Positions 1 to 12,270 are shown, numbered from the stretch's first letter. The stretch: 64,000 nucleotides of DNA from Trichoplax adhaerens (GCF_000150275.1 NW_002060947.1:7673880-7737879), one strand, 5' to 3'. The notes: generated by a model from the sequence alone, not told the origin. Made by a program: numbers and translations.

Positions 1-6
1 TAAAAG

Positions 7-69
7 GCTGGCTCCGTTCGAGAGGAGAAAGTTGATAGCCTTCGAGCTAGATTAGAGTTTTACTACTGA
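7..69 (+). CDS. Possible terminal coding exon of an upstream gene (AGSVREEKVDSLRARLEFYY*)
   Basis: AG at 5-6, then an open frame with protein-like composition ending in TGA at 67-69. Family not recognised. Confidence 0.3.
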   Translation, partial: AGSVREEKVDSLRARLEFYY

Positions 70-660
70 AATATTCAGTAGTTATTTTTACGTAATAAAC
101 AGTTTTTAACCGCTACACTGTGGTAGTAAGGACCGAATGGCTAATTAGAGTAGGGCTAATGGTAGTACATTATCACATAGGTTTACCAAACCAGTATTCA
201 AATAACCATTGATAGCATCTATGATATATTAACTCACACTCAATCGAAGGTAAATGTATGATAGGCTAATGAATCTTCTCACTTATGTAAGGTGCATTCT
301 GGAGAGGATTCTTATTACTATATCAGTTGTTCTTCTGTGTAGGACTAAACCAATTCTAAAGTGAAACCATTAAAATGCTATTATACTTTGCGGCTTAAAA
401 CTACTTTAGCCTAGCTTTATTTCACAAGCGCAGTTCACAATTGACGCTTATTTAAAATTATTAACTTAATTTCACTATAATTTACAAATGAATACTATTC
501 TACTTTCCAGTACAACAATAAGAAATGGAAGTAGGAAGAATCGTTACAATGATTTAGCTAGAACTTACAAGTACATACTGTAGGTAGAAATCTGGTCTGG
601 TGTAACATTATTACTATCATTCAGTGTGCAGTTGAGTAAGTTATTCTATTCACGATTTAT

Positions 661-2515
661 TTACACCCTAGCAAGTTCATTAAAATCAAGAATGCCTTCT
701 ATCGTGTGATTAAAATATTGCCAAATTTGGTCTTCACTAATGTACTAGTTAGATTCAGCACTAGCTGTCTACATTGTAAAAAATTATTTAGGGCTACATA
801 ATGTATTATAGCACTGTAATGTATACTCATGTCGATACTGTTAGCTCGTATTTTGCAAAATTCTAGTATTAGATGATCCCTTAACGACTGGGTTGAATCT
901 GTTTATTTTTCAGAATACGCTTGTATATTGTATGGCACGCCAATTTACATACATTACAGGTACTCTGATAAATTGGAGCAAAGCTATTCCTTCGTTAAGT
1001 TGACTACGCATACATAAAAGCTGCCGCTTTCAATCATTACCGTGAGTATTAAAAAACAACATCGCTATATATTTTAAAATTGCTTTATATGTATATTGGC
1101 AGCAATATCTATGGCAATCTGTGCTTATGATTAATCCGAAATTGGCCAGTGACGAAATAAATTCTTCAATTGTACGAACTTATTTCCTTTTATTCAGATC
1201 ATCATATTCAAGAGCAACAGGCGAACTGAATGATACATGTTTAATTTTTAAACATAACTATTTCAAGATTGCGTTCGAGATATCCGCTATAACAGCTAAT
1301 GTCAAACGGTACATTCAAGTTTACTGTATATTCACAACTTACAAATTTACTATTGGAGCTCTAAAATCTTCTAACCAGGAACGATCGGTGAATTTCAACG
1401 CCTAAGAAGGCATGGATTATTAAATTCATAATACTTGCAACTCATAGTAGGTATAACGCTATAACCCCAATGTGGATGTCAATAGGTGATTAAATTCACC
1501 AAAGTGTTGTTTATGCGGCAAGCACTTTTACGTATGCGGTGAAGCACTTAAATTTCCTTCATTCTGTTATGATAACAAAAGTTAGATTTAAAACATAATA
1601 GCAACCTGGTAAATTTTAAAGATAAAAGTTATATCATAGAAGTAGCAATTTTATTACCTAAGACGTTATAAAGAAAGTAATAAAAATCGCATGCTTTAAA
1701 CTTTAGGTCGATTAATAACAGCTATACAGATTAAAGATGTAGTTTCCACTGCATATTCAATAAATAAAAGTAATCCATTTGTAAAATCAAGTAATAATTT
1801 GGGAATAATATAGATTTTTAAAGATAAATGCGATATCACTGGAATTTCAGGAACTAATTTTCAGTCTATCTTGCATTAGTTGTAGCCTGCTGATGCCGCT
1901 CGTTCTACAGCACTCTGTATCGTATCGAGTTAACCGACTTTTACAACTTGACAGTCTTGCTCCAGCTAGGATGGTGCTGACTAGGATGATACAGACCGTG
2001 GCTGCAAGGATTACAGTATACATCCAATAGTGTCGAAAAATTAATAATTAAGTCAATTGCTTACTCAATAATAAACTTGGGAACCCAATGCTATCAACTT
2101 TTAAAATTCAGGAACTATTTCCAGCAATTCTAGGATATTCAATTTTGGTAGTGTTGTACAACATTGCTGAGAGATGATGTGCCATTATCTTCTTGAGCAA
2201 ACACTATTCTAATAACAACGTAACAGCATTGAAGGTTGTTGTTTAACAGAGCTGACGAGCATTCTGAAGCTTTGACTTGAAAACATGATGACGAGATCCA
2301 AGTTGCCTAACATGTACATTTAATTACAACAATTACAATTACATCTTTCAGTTCAGGGTAAATCCCAAAATTGGTCAATGTGCCAATCTTGTTTCATTCT
2401 TCTAAATTTATTACGCAAGAATATCACCCTATGTGATGGAAAACGCCGTCCCCCTTCGAATGATAGGATTACCCTGTCACTGTTCTACTTAAAATCGGCG
2501 TGGCTATGAAGCCTA
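661..2515 (-). pseudogene. Decayed BTB/POZ(-BACK)-like gene
   Basis: 2484-2353 reads NSDRVILSFEGGRRFPSHRVIFLRNKF, like the BTB N-terminal D-V-x-L...F-x-x-H-R-x-I motif, and is bounded by in-frame stops. Downstream fragments LNILELLEIV (~2140-2112), YLERNLEIV and LEYDDL (~1290-1195) and YISEDQIWQY (745-661) resemble BTB C-terminal and BACK motifs. Several stops interrupt the frames. Confidence 0.35.
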
Positions 2516-3202
2516 AATTAGTATTTAAATCTTACAAATTGATGGCCTTTATTTATATCATCTTAAGCAATAATATAATGTTTCCAGAGCTCAAATTTGT
2601 ACGAATGTCATGATGCCTCAATTGTTGTTGAGATCGCATAGGTGTGATTACCGTTATGTGTATAAATATGTTATATATACAAGTATACGCAACAACAACA
2701 AATCTGCTAGAAAATACAACTCTGCAACTGTAGTCCTACTATCTTGCTAATATTATAATCTATTTCAATTTAAGAATTCATTTCCAGTCATTCTTCGCTA
2801 TCGCTCTTGCCCATCATGGGACAGTATAGCACTATGTATAATTTTGTATCGAGTTAACCGACAGGGAGTTGGTTGCACCATTGGCTTGGGTGCTACATCC
2901 TTTCATATCCGTGTTTTGGCTATAGGAACAGTATGCAATGGAGTTGAGTGTTGTACATGCCATTGCCAGTCTCTCTCTGATCGAACTATACGATATTGCC
3001 TTGAAACTGAATTGCATATTTGTTCAGTGACCAACTGACTAGCTTACTAAGCTACATAATCGAGCAGAAAATGCAATGAATCTTTCAAAATTCAGTAACT
3101 CATTTCCACTTCCTTCTTCAATTGACTGTAGTCTGCTGATGCCCTCCATTGACTTGCAGACTTCATTATTCTGTGTATGAACAACAACTTAGATCTGCTA
3201 GA

Positions 3203-3295
3203 GGTTCGGTTCGAGCCGCATACGAACCGATTAAAGTCAGTTTATCCGGTACTGTTCAAATACTTAAAAGGCGCGGTTCGAACCGAACGAACCGC
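3203..3295. mobile_element. Small MITE-like inverted-repeat element with GGTTCG/CGAACC motifs
   Basis: gttcggttcgagccgc (3204-3219) pairs with gcggttcgaaccgaac (3273-3288) at 15/16. Further GAACCG copies lie inside. GC-rich against an AT-rich background. Confidence 0.4.
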
Positions 3296-3690
3296 TTAAT
3301 ATTAACGTATTGACATGATTTAGTATGACATTTCATATAAAACCTGCAGATTGTAACTGATGTTCATTTAAGTTAATATCGCATTTAATATAATGAAATA
3401 TATGCAGATTATAAAATCGGATTACAGAAGTCTCAAAATTTTAGTGCAACTGCTACACGTCTTTATAGTTGATTTATTTACTACAACGAATATTAATATT
3501 AACGTATTGATATGATTTAGTATGACATTTCATATAAAACCTGTAGATTGTAACTGATGTTCATTTAATTTAATATCACATTTATTGTAATGAAATATAT
3601 GCTGATTATAAAATCAGATTACAAAAGTCTCAAAATTTTAGAGTAACTGCTACACGTATTTATGGTTGATTTATTTTCTACAACGAATAT
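3296..3690. repeat. Direct tandem duplication, 2 x 197 bp
   Basis: Units start ttaatattaacgtattga at 3296 and 3493 and differ by scattered substitutions. Confidence 0.9.
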
Positions 3691-4085
3691 TAATTGCTAC
3701 AGCGTACGTATTTATGGTTGATTTATTTTCTACAACGAATATTAATTGCTATAGCCTACGTATTTATGGTTGATATTTTCGATTCATTTACTACAACGAA
3801 TATTAATTGCTACAAACTACGTATTTATGGTTGATTTATTTTCTACAACGAATATAAATTGCTACAGACTACGTATTTATGGTTGATTTTATTTTCTACA
3901 ACGAATATTAATTGCTACAGACTACGTATTTATGGTTGATTTATTTTCTACAACGAATATTAATTGCTACAGACTACGTATTTATGGTTGATTTATTTTC
4001 TACAACGAATATTAATTGCTACAGCCTACGTATTTATGGTTGATATTTTCGATTCATTTACTACAACGAATATTAATTGCTACAG
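3691..4085. repeat. Minisatellite, 7 units of 52-61 bp plus a partial unit
   Basis: Consensus taattgctacagactacgtatttatggttgatttattttctacaacgaatat. Unit lengths 52, 61, 52, 53, 52, 52, 61. Related to the 3' end of the 197-bp unit. Confidence 0.95.
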
Positions 4086-4109
4086 GGGCAGTGCACGGGC
4101 AGGAAAGCC

Positions 4110-4180
4110 TACAGTACAAGGCAGAAGGCTACAGTATACAGTACTGTACACTGTAGCCCAGTGCACCAGCTTGTACTGTA
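4110..4180. promoter_or_regulatory. Nested palindrome of TACAGTA motifs upstream of LEMD3
   Basis: 32-bp near-perfect palindrome at 4127-4158, inside a perfect 11-bp inverted repeat (tacagtacaag 4110-4120 / cttgtactgta 4170-4180), about 250 bp before the ATG. The regulatory role is inferred. Confidence 0.45.
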
Positions 4181-4433
4181 CTGGACATCACTAGCTCAAG
4201 CGTCCCTCTACGGCAATATGGACGCTAAGACAAAAGCACCAGAAAGCGTTTTTAGCCTATCTTGGCTTGTCATCATCACCAATCGTAGGCTGTGATAGGA
4301 CAAAATCGTCATCAGCTTGTTCACGCTTGTCATTTAAATTGCAATTATTGTTGTTTGCTTAGATGAACGATTAATTATCGCTCGTGTATCCGTCGTCAGT
4401 GTTGAATTAATTGATTTGGGTAAGAAATTAGCC

Positions 4434-7400
4434 ATGGCCTTGGTCAGCGATGAAGAATTAAGAGCTAAATTAATTGAATTTGGAGTAGATGTAGGTCCGA
4501 TCGATTCCAATACCAGGAAGATTTATACCAAAAAATTAGATCGTTTGATAGCCAGCAAAACGACTAGCAATAAAAGAACTCCCAAACGAAGTAGTAGAAA
4601 AACAAGAGCAACTCGAAGAACGACAGAGAATGAAGACGAAAATCAAGAAAAGTCAGTCAGTAAGAATACTTCCTTATCCAGCGCTCAAGTGAAACCCATC
4701 CATTCGGAAGAAAGAGTCAGTAGCTCGGTCAGTAAGAGACTCTATCATACTAGCTCTCCAACAGCTCGAGCTGCACAACGACCTGTCGTCATGACTAGAA
4801 TTAAAGAAACATTTTCTTCGGATGATGATGGACTTACTGTCCAGCGCACCAATATGCAAACAACCACTTCACCTTATTCTAATCCATCAACATTGGTAGC
4901 GCAAAATAAGAAAGTCGATCAGTGGCTAAGTAGTGGTAAACAGGTTCTTCGTCGCAATTTAATGTCTAATTGGGTGAGCCCAGCCAAAGACAATAATTCA
5001 AGTCAAGTCATGCATGATTCCACAGCTCAAGGCAATCAACAAAACGTGCCTAACAATTTAGTCTTACCAAAGTCACAGTATTGGCCTATCGATGCAACTC
5101 CGTTCTTATATCTATTGCTCATTATAATACTCTTGATTGCATTCGCTCGTGTAACCAATGATAGCAAGCAATATAAAGTACTATCGAAGGATATACCACA
5201 AGGTAAATGTTATCATTTTCTTATCATGTGCATCACTTCATTTTCATGGATGCTTTAGTTCATGTTGCTTACAATGGTAGCTCTATAATTGTTTAAAGAG
5301 ATGCTAAAAGTCGTATTGGCCATGTCATCTTCATCATCATAGAATATTGTAAAATAGCATGATATAGCCGACCTAGTCATGGCTACTATTCAACCTATTC
5401 GTTATGAAAATGAAATTTGCACACTTTGTCGCGCTGAGCTGCTTTCTTTCCATTGATCTACAACATCCATAGAATTTATCAACTTAATCCAGAATTTTAA
5501 TTGCAGCTTCTATTAATGCACTACTCAATCATGCATGCAGTATCGGGTACTAGTCGATCCAATAAAAGATGTAAGAAAATCTTCGTAAAAACGATTGCCA
5601 TACGAGTATTCTCAACCAATGATGGTGTAATGCGCAGATCTATCTGTTTGTGCATAACCTTAAAATTAATTAATTGAAAGCTACACTACTGTATTGGTAG
5701 TCATATTGATGATTATATAATAAACTCAATTGGCTAGTAAAAATTGTTATTTATATTACTCGTTTTATGTAATGATCATTACTACTATTGGTGAACTTTT
5801 TGAGCTATATCAATGTAACTTGAAAGTAGCATTGCCTACATCGCGAATCCATGGCCTAGCTACGGTCGTAAAAATGAGTACCAATAGTACAGATAGCAAC
5901 TGTATCGGCTGCAGGTCATTTTATATTCAATCGCTATCTTACAAAAAGTCTTACCCGCTCGGGTATATTTGTTTCGATTCATTTAGATAAACTACTCCAT
6001 GATGTCAGTCGGGAAGAATGTGCAGCAATAATGACGTACCTAATGAAAGGAATCCATAAACAATCAGGTAAACCTTGTAAACGATTTATAAGCAAGCTAT
6101 CAAATTAGCAATTATAATTACTACTAGTTTTCTTACGGCTGGTATGCAACAATCTAGCAAAATACGAATGTACCCGTGGAGTTCCAGAGAGATGGATAAC
6201 TTGGCATCAAGCAACGGAATTAGTAACCGAAGTGGTAACCAATGCCTGCTTTAAACTGTGATATTATGCTCCAAATAATTAGCGAAGATGTTCTACATGC
6301 TACTATCTTTGATTAATTAAAGTTAAAGCTATTCAACTTATCATAATAGCCTAGAGGAAAAGCAACTGCTCTATTTCAGAACTAGTACTTGTATTCTTGG
6401 CTCTTAAAAGTGCCATGAAAATAAGAACTTCTAACAGTTGCTTACTATATAGATGTCCGATCGTACAATTTCAAGTAAAAAGCCGAAAAATGATACTATT
6501 AAAGGCATCCTAAAGTTATTTAGTGACCTAAGCAGTAATTTTCCCGATTGGTGCATAACGTAAGGCGGAAAGTTCTTTTGCTAACATCACGAGCTCGAAC
6601 TTGTTACAATTGCAGCACTGTCAATTAATCTGCTCTAATTTCCTAGCGTTAGCGAAAGTGGCGTTGAAAATGTAACATATCACTTTCAATCTTGCCGGTC
6701 GGCCAATTTTGGATGTGTATTGTGGCGACTTGTTCAAAACTCCTTCTACTTATTCCTTGTTGTATCGATAGGTACTGCATACATAGCTGAGTAGGAAACT
6801 TTATTTAATGATAAAATTGTCTCGCAAAGATATCGCATTCTTTTATTTTTAAATTAACTCTAAGGGTATTTTATATTTCGCTTCGTATAGTGGTTATCCC
6901 TTGTTATACATATTATACTTGGTCGGAGGAACGAAAAAGAGCGCATAAAAGATGGTCTATAGAGCTTTATAAACTGATCGATCGGATTATCGGTACAATA
7001 AGCTATAGAAATGGTAATTCTAATCTTAATCTTAGTTCATTTTCGATTTATGACTTACATTTTATTATAGAGGTTGTCCGTACGCATTATACTGATAGCA
7101 TGAATTCCGGCGACGCTTTACCATACGTTGCAGTTTCTCACGTGCGCGACATATTAATACCACCCATTCAGAGGTATTCTTGTTGTACTAGGTATTATTT
7201 CCATGTCTGGTAGTAAACTGATAGTATTGTAACCTTTTATAACATTAACATAGACAACGAAAGCGCAAACTGTGGAATGAGGCCGCCAACTACGTCAGCA
7301 AGAACGATTCCCGTGTAAGGCTAGAAACACAAAGAATTGCTGGTGAAGATTTTGAGGTCTGGCGATGGACCTGTCAATCAAGTCCTGCATTGAACCACAA

Positions 7401-7920
7401 ATTTAAATCATTATATTCTAGCTTACCTATTGAAAAAAATTCAGAAATTGAGCAGTTAGTTGTGCCTGGAATTGGGTTTAAAGTTTGGCAAGGGCAAATA
7501 AAACACACTAATAATATAATATCGAGGACGATTGAATGTAACGACAGTTGCTGCTTAAAGTTAGGGAATATGTTTGATTATGAGCTTGAAAGTGGTAGTG
7601 ACTGGACCAGTAGAATACAAGATGCCATTCTGGAAAAGTGTGGAGACAGCAGTAGCATAGTCCATATACATGTGGAAAGGTATTCTAATCGTGGTTCAGT
7701 TTACATCAAGTGTAGTCAAATAGAAGATGCCAAAGAGACATTTAAAGCTATGCATGGCTGTATATTTGACGGTAGGATAGTTCGAGCTAGATTTATAAGT
7801 AATCAGACATATCACAGCTTGTTTCCAGATGCAGCAAAATTTAGCGAGCCGTTGAAGCCTTCAAATGATTCCGTGAGATCAATGATATTTCTTGCTGAAG
7901 CGAATATATATCTAAGTTAA
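4434..7920 (+). CDS. LEMD3: Inner nuclear membrane protein MAN1 (LEM, 2 TM, MSC, UHM/RRM), multi-exon
   Basis: N-terminal LEM domain (SDEELRAKLIEFGVDVGPIDSNTRKIYTKKL), TM segments, MSC motif PYVAVSHVRDILIPP...ETQRIAGEDFEVWRW, KVWQGQ and a C-terminal RRM-like domain. Approximate exons: 4434-5202, 5507-~5539, 5987-6067, 6158-6231, 6453-6559, 6647-6770, 6891-6991, 7071-7173, 7254-7920. Confidence 0.93.
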
Positions 7921-10630
7921 ACTCACAACAACGGATGGCTTTCTGATATCGAGGTGCAATTGAAACTGACGTTGTTATAGTTTTACCGTTCCTAATTCGG
8001 TGTTATTACTTAACTTTGAAGCATTTAATGGAGAGAATTGGCATTGATGATGTTCCTATACTGGTTCAAAGCTGGTATACTATGAATACATAGATACTAG
8101 CTACACAAATATTGTACATTCAGATTCTAACATAAAAATGGTCGAAATTTTCTTCCGCTTTTACATTATAACACTATTGTATAAAAGCTCTTACGAATTC
8201 CATGTAAAGTTTGTAAGTTACTGCGGCTCGCTTGTTATCTTCTTGCGCTAGATCACAAGAATTTGTCAGATCTAAAATTTAATACTTGATGAATTGTAAC
8301 CTCAGTTGAACTGTTATCTGTAACTACATAATTTTAGCGTGTGATATTTGTATCGCTAATACAACGTAAGTATACTGATTTTAAATTCTCTTTGCGAAAC
8401 TGCAACTTTTCGAAAAACTATAAATGATTGTCTAATTCTTGAGATATTTAACATCAGAGGTCAGATGCTGAGAAGATTATGATACTATGATTTTAATACG
8501 ACTTGTGTGATGGTCTTTAACTTCATCTTAGCTTAAAAATAAGCTTTCAAAATCATTATAAAATATAATGTTAATCAAATCAGAAAACCTGCATTTTTAC
8601 GCTCGCGCATTGTTGCTGGGTATGTTGTTGTGGCCGAAATATTGCATGCAATGACAATGTTCACAAATATATAAGTAATTTGTTACTGACCATAAATGCA
8701 CTTACCATTATTCCTCGCAGCATGACACGAGATGACCTTTAATACGAGATCTTTGCTGTAAAATAGTGAACCTTTTGTGCATCTACATAAACAGTAGCTC
8801 TGAGTAACAAAGTATGGATGCATGCATTGTCAACTTTTAAAATACCGCTTACGAATGTGTGCTGTATAGTTGCAATCAGCTCTAATAATAAATATTTTAT
8901 CAATGATTGAATTAGATGAATAATAGGCCTGCAGATTACTGAAAGTTTCTGTAGTTATGCTGCGACAGTTGTCATTTTACTAAATATTGCAAACAAATTT
9001 ATGGAGCTGCCTTCCACCTCAAACAGCGTCATTGAATTAATCAGAGACTGACGTAAATTGTGATTATATGCACGTATGTGCCTATTTACTACTCAGATAA
9101 CTATAAATAAATGAAAATATTTTAATGACTCTCGAAAGGAATTAGCTAAAAATTATAATTTCGCCTCAAAATACGCTAACTACATTAAATATCGCTTTTT
9201 AACACCCATAAATACGTGATATTATTCATCCTGTAATGCATAATCTTCAGTTATGGTACAGTATTATCGACAGCTTAACCGACAGACCAATAAATACGTG
9301 TATATACATAAGACTAGAATTACACTTACTAGTCCTACAACCTATCGTGTTACTGACTGTAAATATGTGAGAGTTGTCATTCAACAATGACCCATTGCAT
9401 CTCGAATACATCATAACCCATGTATACCTATAGTATATCATGGGCTGCAAGATGCACTAGTACATCTACTGTAGTAGTCCATATCTACATTAAGTGCAAT
9501 ATTTCCTGTTCAACAGCTGATCAGCTGACGATTGTTCGATAATCTCGTATACTATACATTTAAAAATTTCAGCAAAATAAAAATTTGATGTACCCCTACC
9601 AAGCAGCGCACATGTGATATTGACATTGACGATGCGACACATGGCTGTCTACAAATGAGTCCTGATGATTATTTTTAGTCCTCATTTTTACATCTCGCAT
9701 AACCAGAAAAGAGGCTTCTAAAGAAAACCACGTAGGAAAGTAGATACAACAAAGTTCTATAAGATTAATCAATCAGTTGTATATATAAATATCTACGTTA
9801 CATAACTATAGTCTATATATACATGGTTCAATATAGTCCTTTATTCTTCAATTCTGTCATTAAAATACTACATTTTTTTCGGAGTAAAGCTTGCTAATAA
9901 ATACAGTACATCAACTATGGTATTTGTTAAGGCTAAAATTAATAATACTAGGTACGGCTCCTATTTCCCTTAATTTATAATCATTGCATTTGGTCTATCC
10001 CGTTGTTCATTTTGTAGTATTTCCAAAATTCCCGAACTAATATGACAGTATTATATGATAGTTATTATTTGTTCATATATAGTTTGCAAGAAATCGAATT
10101 AAATTGGATATCTTATGCCAAGCCATTGATACAGGAACTCCTTAATTTGCTTTAAATATGTCAATATTGCTGTGATCATATAAGCGGAAAAAAGCATAGA
10201 TATCTCACTGTAGATTTGTAGCATAAAGGTTCAATTTTTTGGATAGATAATAGTTTTATTTATACTTGAATGGAGTATTTTCAAATAATTTGGATCAACT
10301 ACAAAGACAAGACAAGGATCACTGACTCATTATCTTTTTAGTCTTTATACTATGATATATTAAAGGAATTACAGTAGAGATTTAAATCATTATAATTAAA
10401 ATCCGCTTATCATTATTTTATCCTTTAGATTTTTTTGGAATTGTCCAAGTGATAGATGAAGATTAGTTCTTTCGGCACCCTCAATTTTATCATTCATAAT
10501 ATAATTAATGCAGAATAAATCCCTAATTTTTTAATATTATTCAATTAAGAATCTGCACATTTTCATTTCGTGTTCCCATCCTTTTGTAGCAATCGAGAAC
10601 TCTTCGGCTAGTTTGAGATAATTCAGTTTC

Positions 10631-12270
10631 TTAGTTAATATTTTCGGTTGTCCTTTTAAATGGAAACATGCCAGGTAGATTATCTTCTCTTTTAAATGGA
10701 TACCATTTGCGTTGATTATCTCCTCTTTTAAATGGAAACATGCCTGGTAGATTATCTTCTCTTTTAAATGGATACCATTTGCGTTGATTATCTCCTCTTT
10801 TAAATGGAAACATGCCTGGTAGATCATCTTCCCTTTTAAATGGATACCATTTACGTTGACTATCTCCTCTTTTAAATGGAAACATTCCTGGTAGGTCATC
10901 TCCTCTTTTAAATGGAAACATTCCTGGTAGATCATCTTCTCTTTTAAATGGATACCATTTACGTTGATTATCTCCTCTTTTAAATGGAAACATGCCTGGT
11001 AGGTTATCTTCTTTTTTAAATGGATACCATTTGCGTTGATTATCTCCTCTTTTAAACGGAAACATGCCTGGTAGATCATCTTCTCTTTTAAATGGAAACA
11101 TGCCAGGCAGATTGTCTTCTTTTTTAAACGGAAACATGCCTGGTAGATTGTCTTCTCTTTTAAATGGAAACGTTCCTGGTAGATTATCATCTTTTTTAAA
11201 TGGATACCATTTGAGCTGGTTATCGTCTTTCTTAAATGGATACCATTTTCGTTGGTCAGCATCCTTCTTAAATGGATACCATTTTCGTTGGCCATCTTCT
11301 TTCTTAAACGGATATCGTATTTGTCGGCTATCATGTTCCTTTGAGAGATCTCGCTTATGTTCTTCGTGTTTTTTTGCTTGAATAGCGTCATCTACAAGTT
11401 TTTTATCGTCTTTCTTCTTCTCATGTAAGTCATGAGAAGACATAGCATCAGCAGCTTCACGAGCATGATGATTGCTGCTTCTTGTCTGTGATGACGATTT
11501 CTTTTGATTATTAAGAGAGCTTTCCTTTTCGTCTTCGTTTCGATCTTGGCTCTCATTACTATTACTTGCAGTAAAATCCTTCGCTGAATCCGCAATTGGC
11601 CGATGATGCAAGCCGCTTTCTTTATAGGACAACTTTTGAATTAAATCTTGAAGTCGATGGATTAATCTTGCGCTATTGTCATAGTCAACAATTAGCGGCC
11701 GATTAATTATTAGAGAAATATTATATTCTCATACTCATGAGCAAGAATGCTCTCGCTCTTTATATTAAACAGTTTATCTGGGCAAAATTAGCTAAAGATT
11801 GGATATTATGCTAGAGGTAATCATTCTTTTAGTTTAAATCATTAAAAATAGATGATAAAAAATTGCCGCAATTTCAGTTACGAAAACATAATTTCAATAT
11901 AGAACAAATAATTTACATCTTGTATCAAATTTTTACTACTATTGACATACGTGAGAGTATTTCAATTTAAAATGAAATGAAACGATATCAACTTACATCC
12001 TGATGAACAAAAAAATAACGAAATACTTATTCTTTGAGCTTAGGTATCGAACAGACCCTATCTAATTTGATGTAGTCAATAATTTATTACCTTAATTTAT
12101 TTAGTTATCCTGGCCGACAAGCCTTTTAATGTATTTAACCTGAAGATGAAAATTCCAAAATATGATCAACCCGTCCAGATCAAGCTCTTATATACTGTGC
12201 CGCTGAATATAATTGAAATCACAGCTATTAATAACAAGCCTTCTAGTAAAACAATTTCGATACTAACCAT
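10631..12270 (-). CDS. Secreted neuropeptide precursor of the MFPF/WYPF type, ~383 aa, 3 coding exons
   Basis: Exon 12270-12196 gives a signal peptide (MVSIEIVLLEGLLLIAVISIIFSGT). Exons 12061-12027 and 11672-10631 join in phase through GT-AG introns. 19 peptides are flanked by KK/KR: 10 xDxLPG(M/T)FPF, 8 xxxQ(R/L)KWYPF and 1 QIRYPF. None has a C-terminal Gly, so they are not amidated. Confidence 0.92.
10652..11325 (-). repeat. Coding 36-bp tandem repeat (12-aa peptide cassettes)
   Basis: About 19 units of two sequence types; the C-terminal part alternates as a 72-bp higher-order unit. Confidence 0.95.

Noticed and set aside
3691-4295. ORFs 3964-4194 and 4077-4295, and the minisatellite read as a CRISPR array
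   Set aside because: The units are head-to-tail with no spacers. The ORFs start at non-ATG codons and run through repeat and palindrome sequence.
4416-4433. TTG start of the LEMD3 ORF (likewise the TTG start at 25562 for PORCN)
   Set aside because: This is a eukaryotic locus. In-frame ATGs at 4434 (gccATGg) and 25463 fit the domain starts.
10652-11325. CRISPR-like appearance of the 36-bp periodic array
   Set aside because: There are no unique spacers or cas genes, the context is eukaryotic, and the array is fully explained as coding peptide cassettes.
10537-11595. ORFs 10537-11391 (-), 11064-11381 (+) and 11392-11595 (-) overlapping the precursor
   Set aside because: These are shadow frames kept open by the 36-bp repeat and biased composition. 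They lack a signal peptide and regular dibasic structure.
11994-12010. Apparent 3-nt microexon (ag|GAT|gtaagt) in the neuropeptide intron
   Set aside because: It lies only about 27 nt from the upstream donor, too close for an intron, and the model does not need it.
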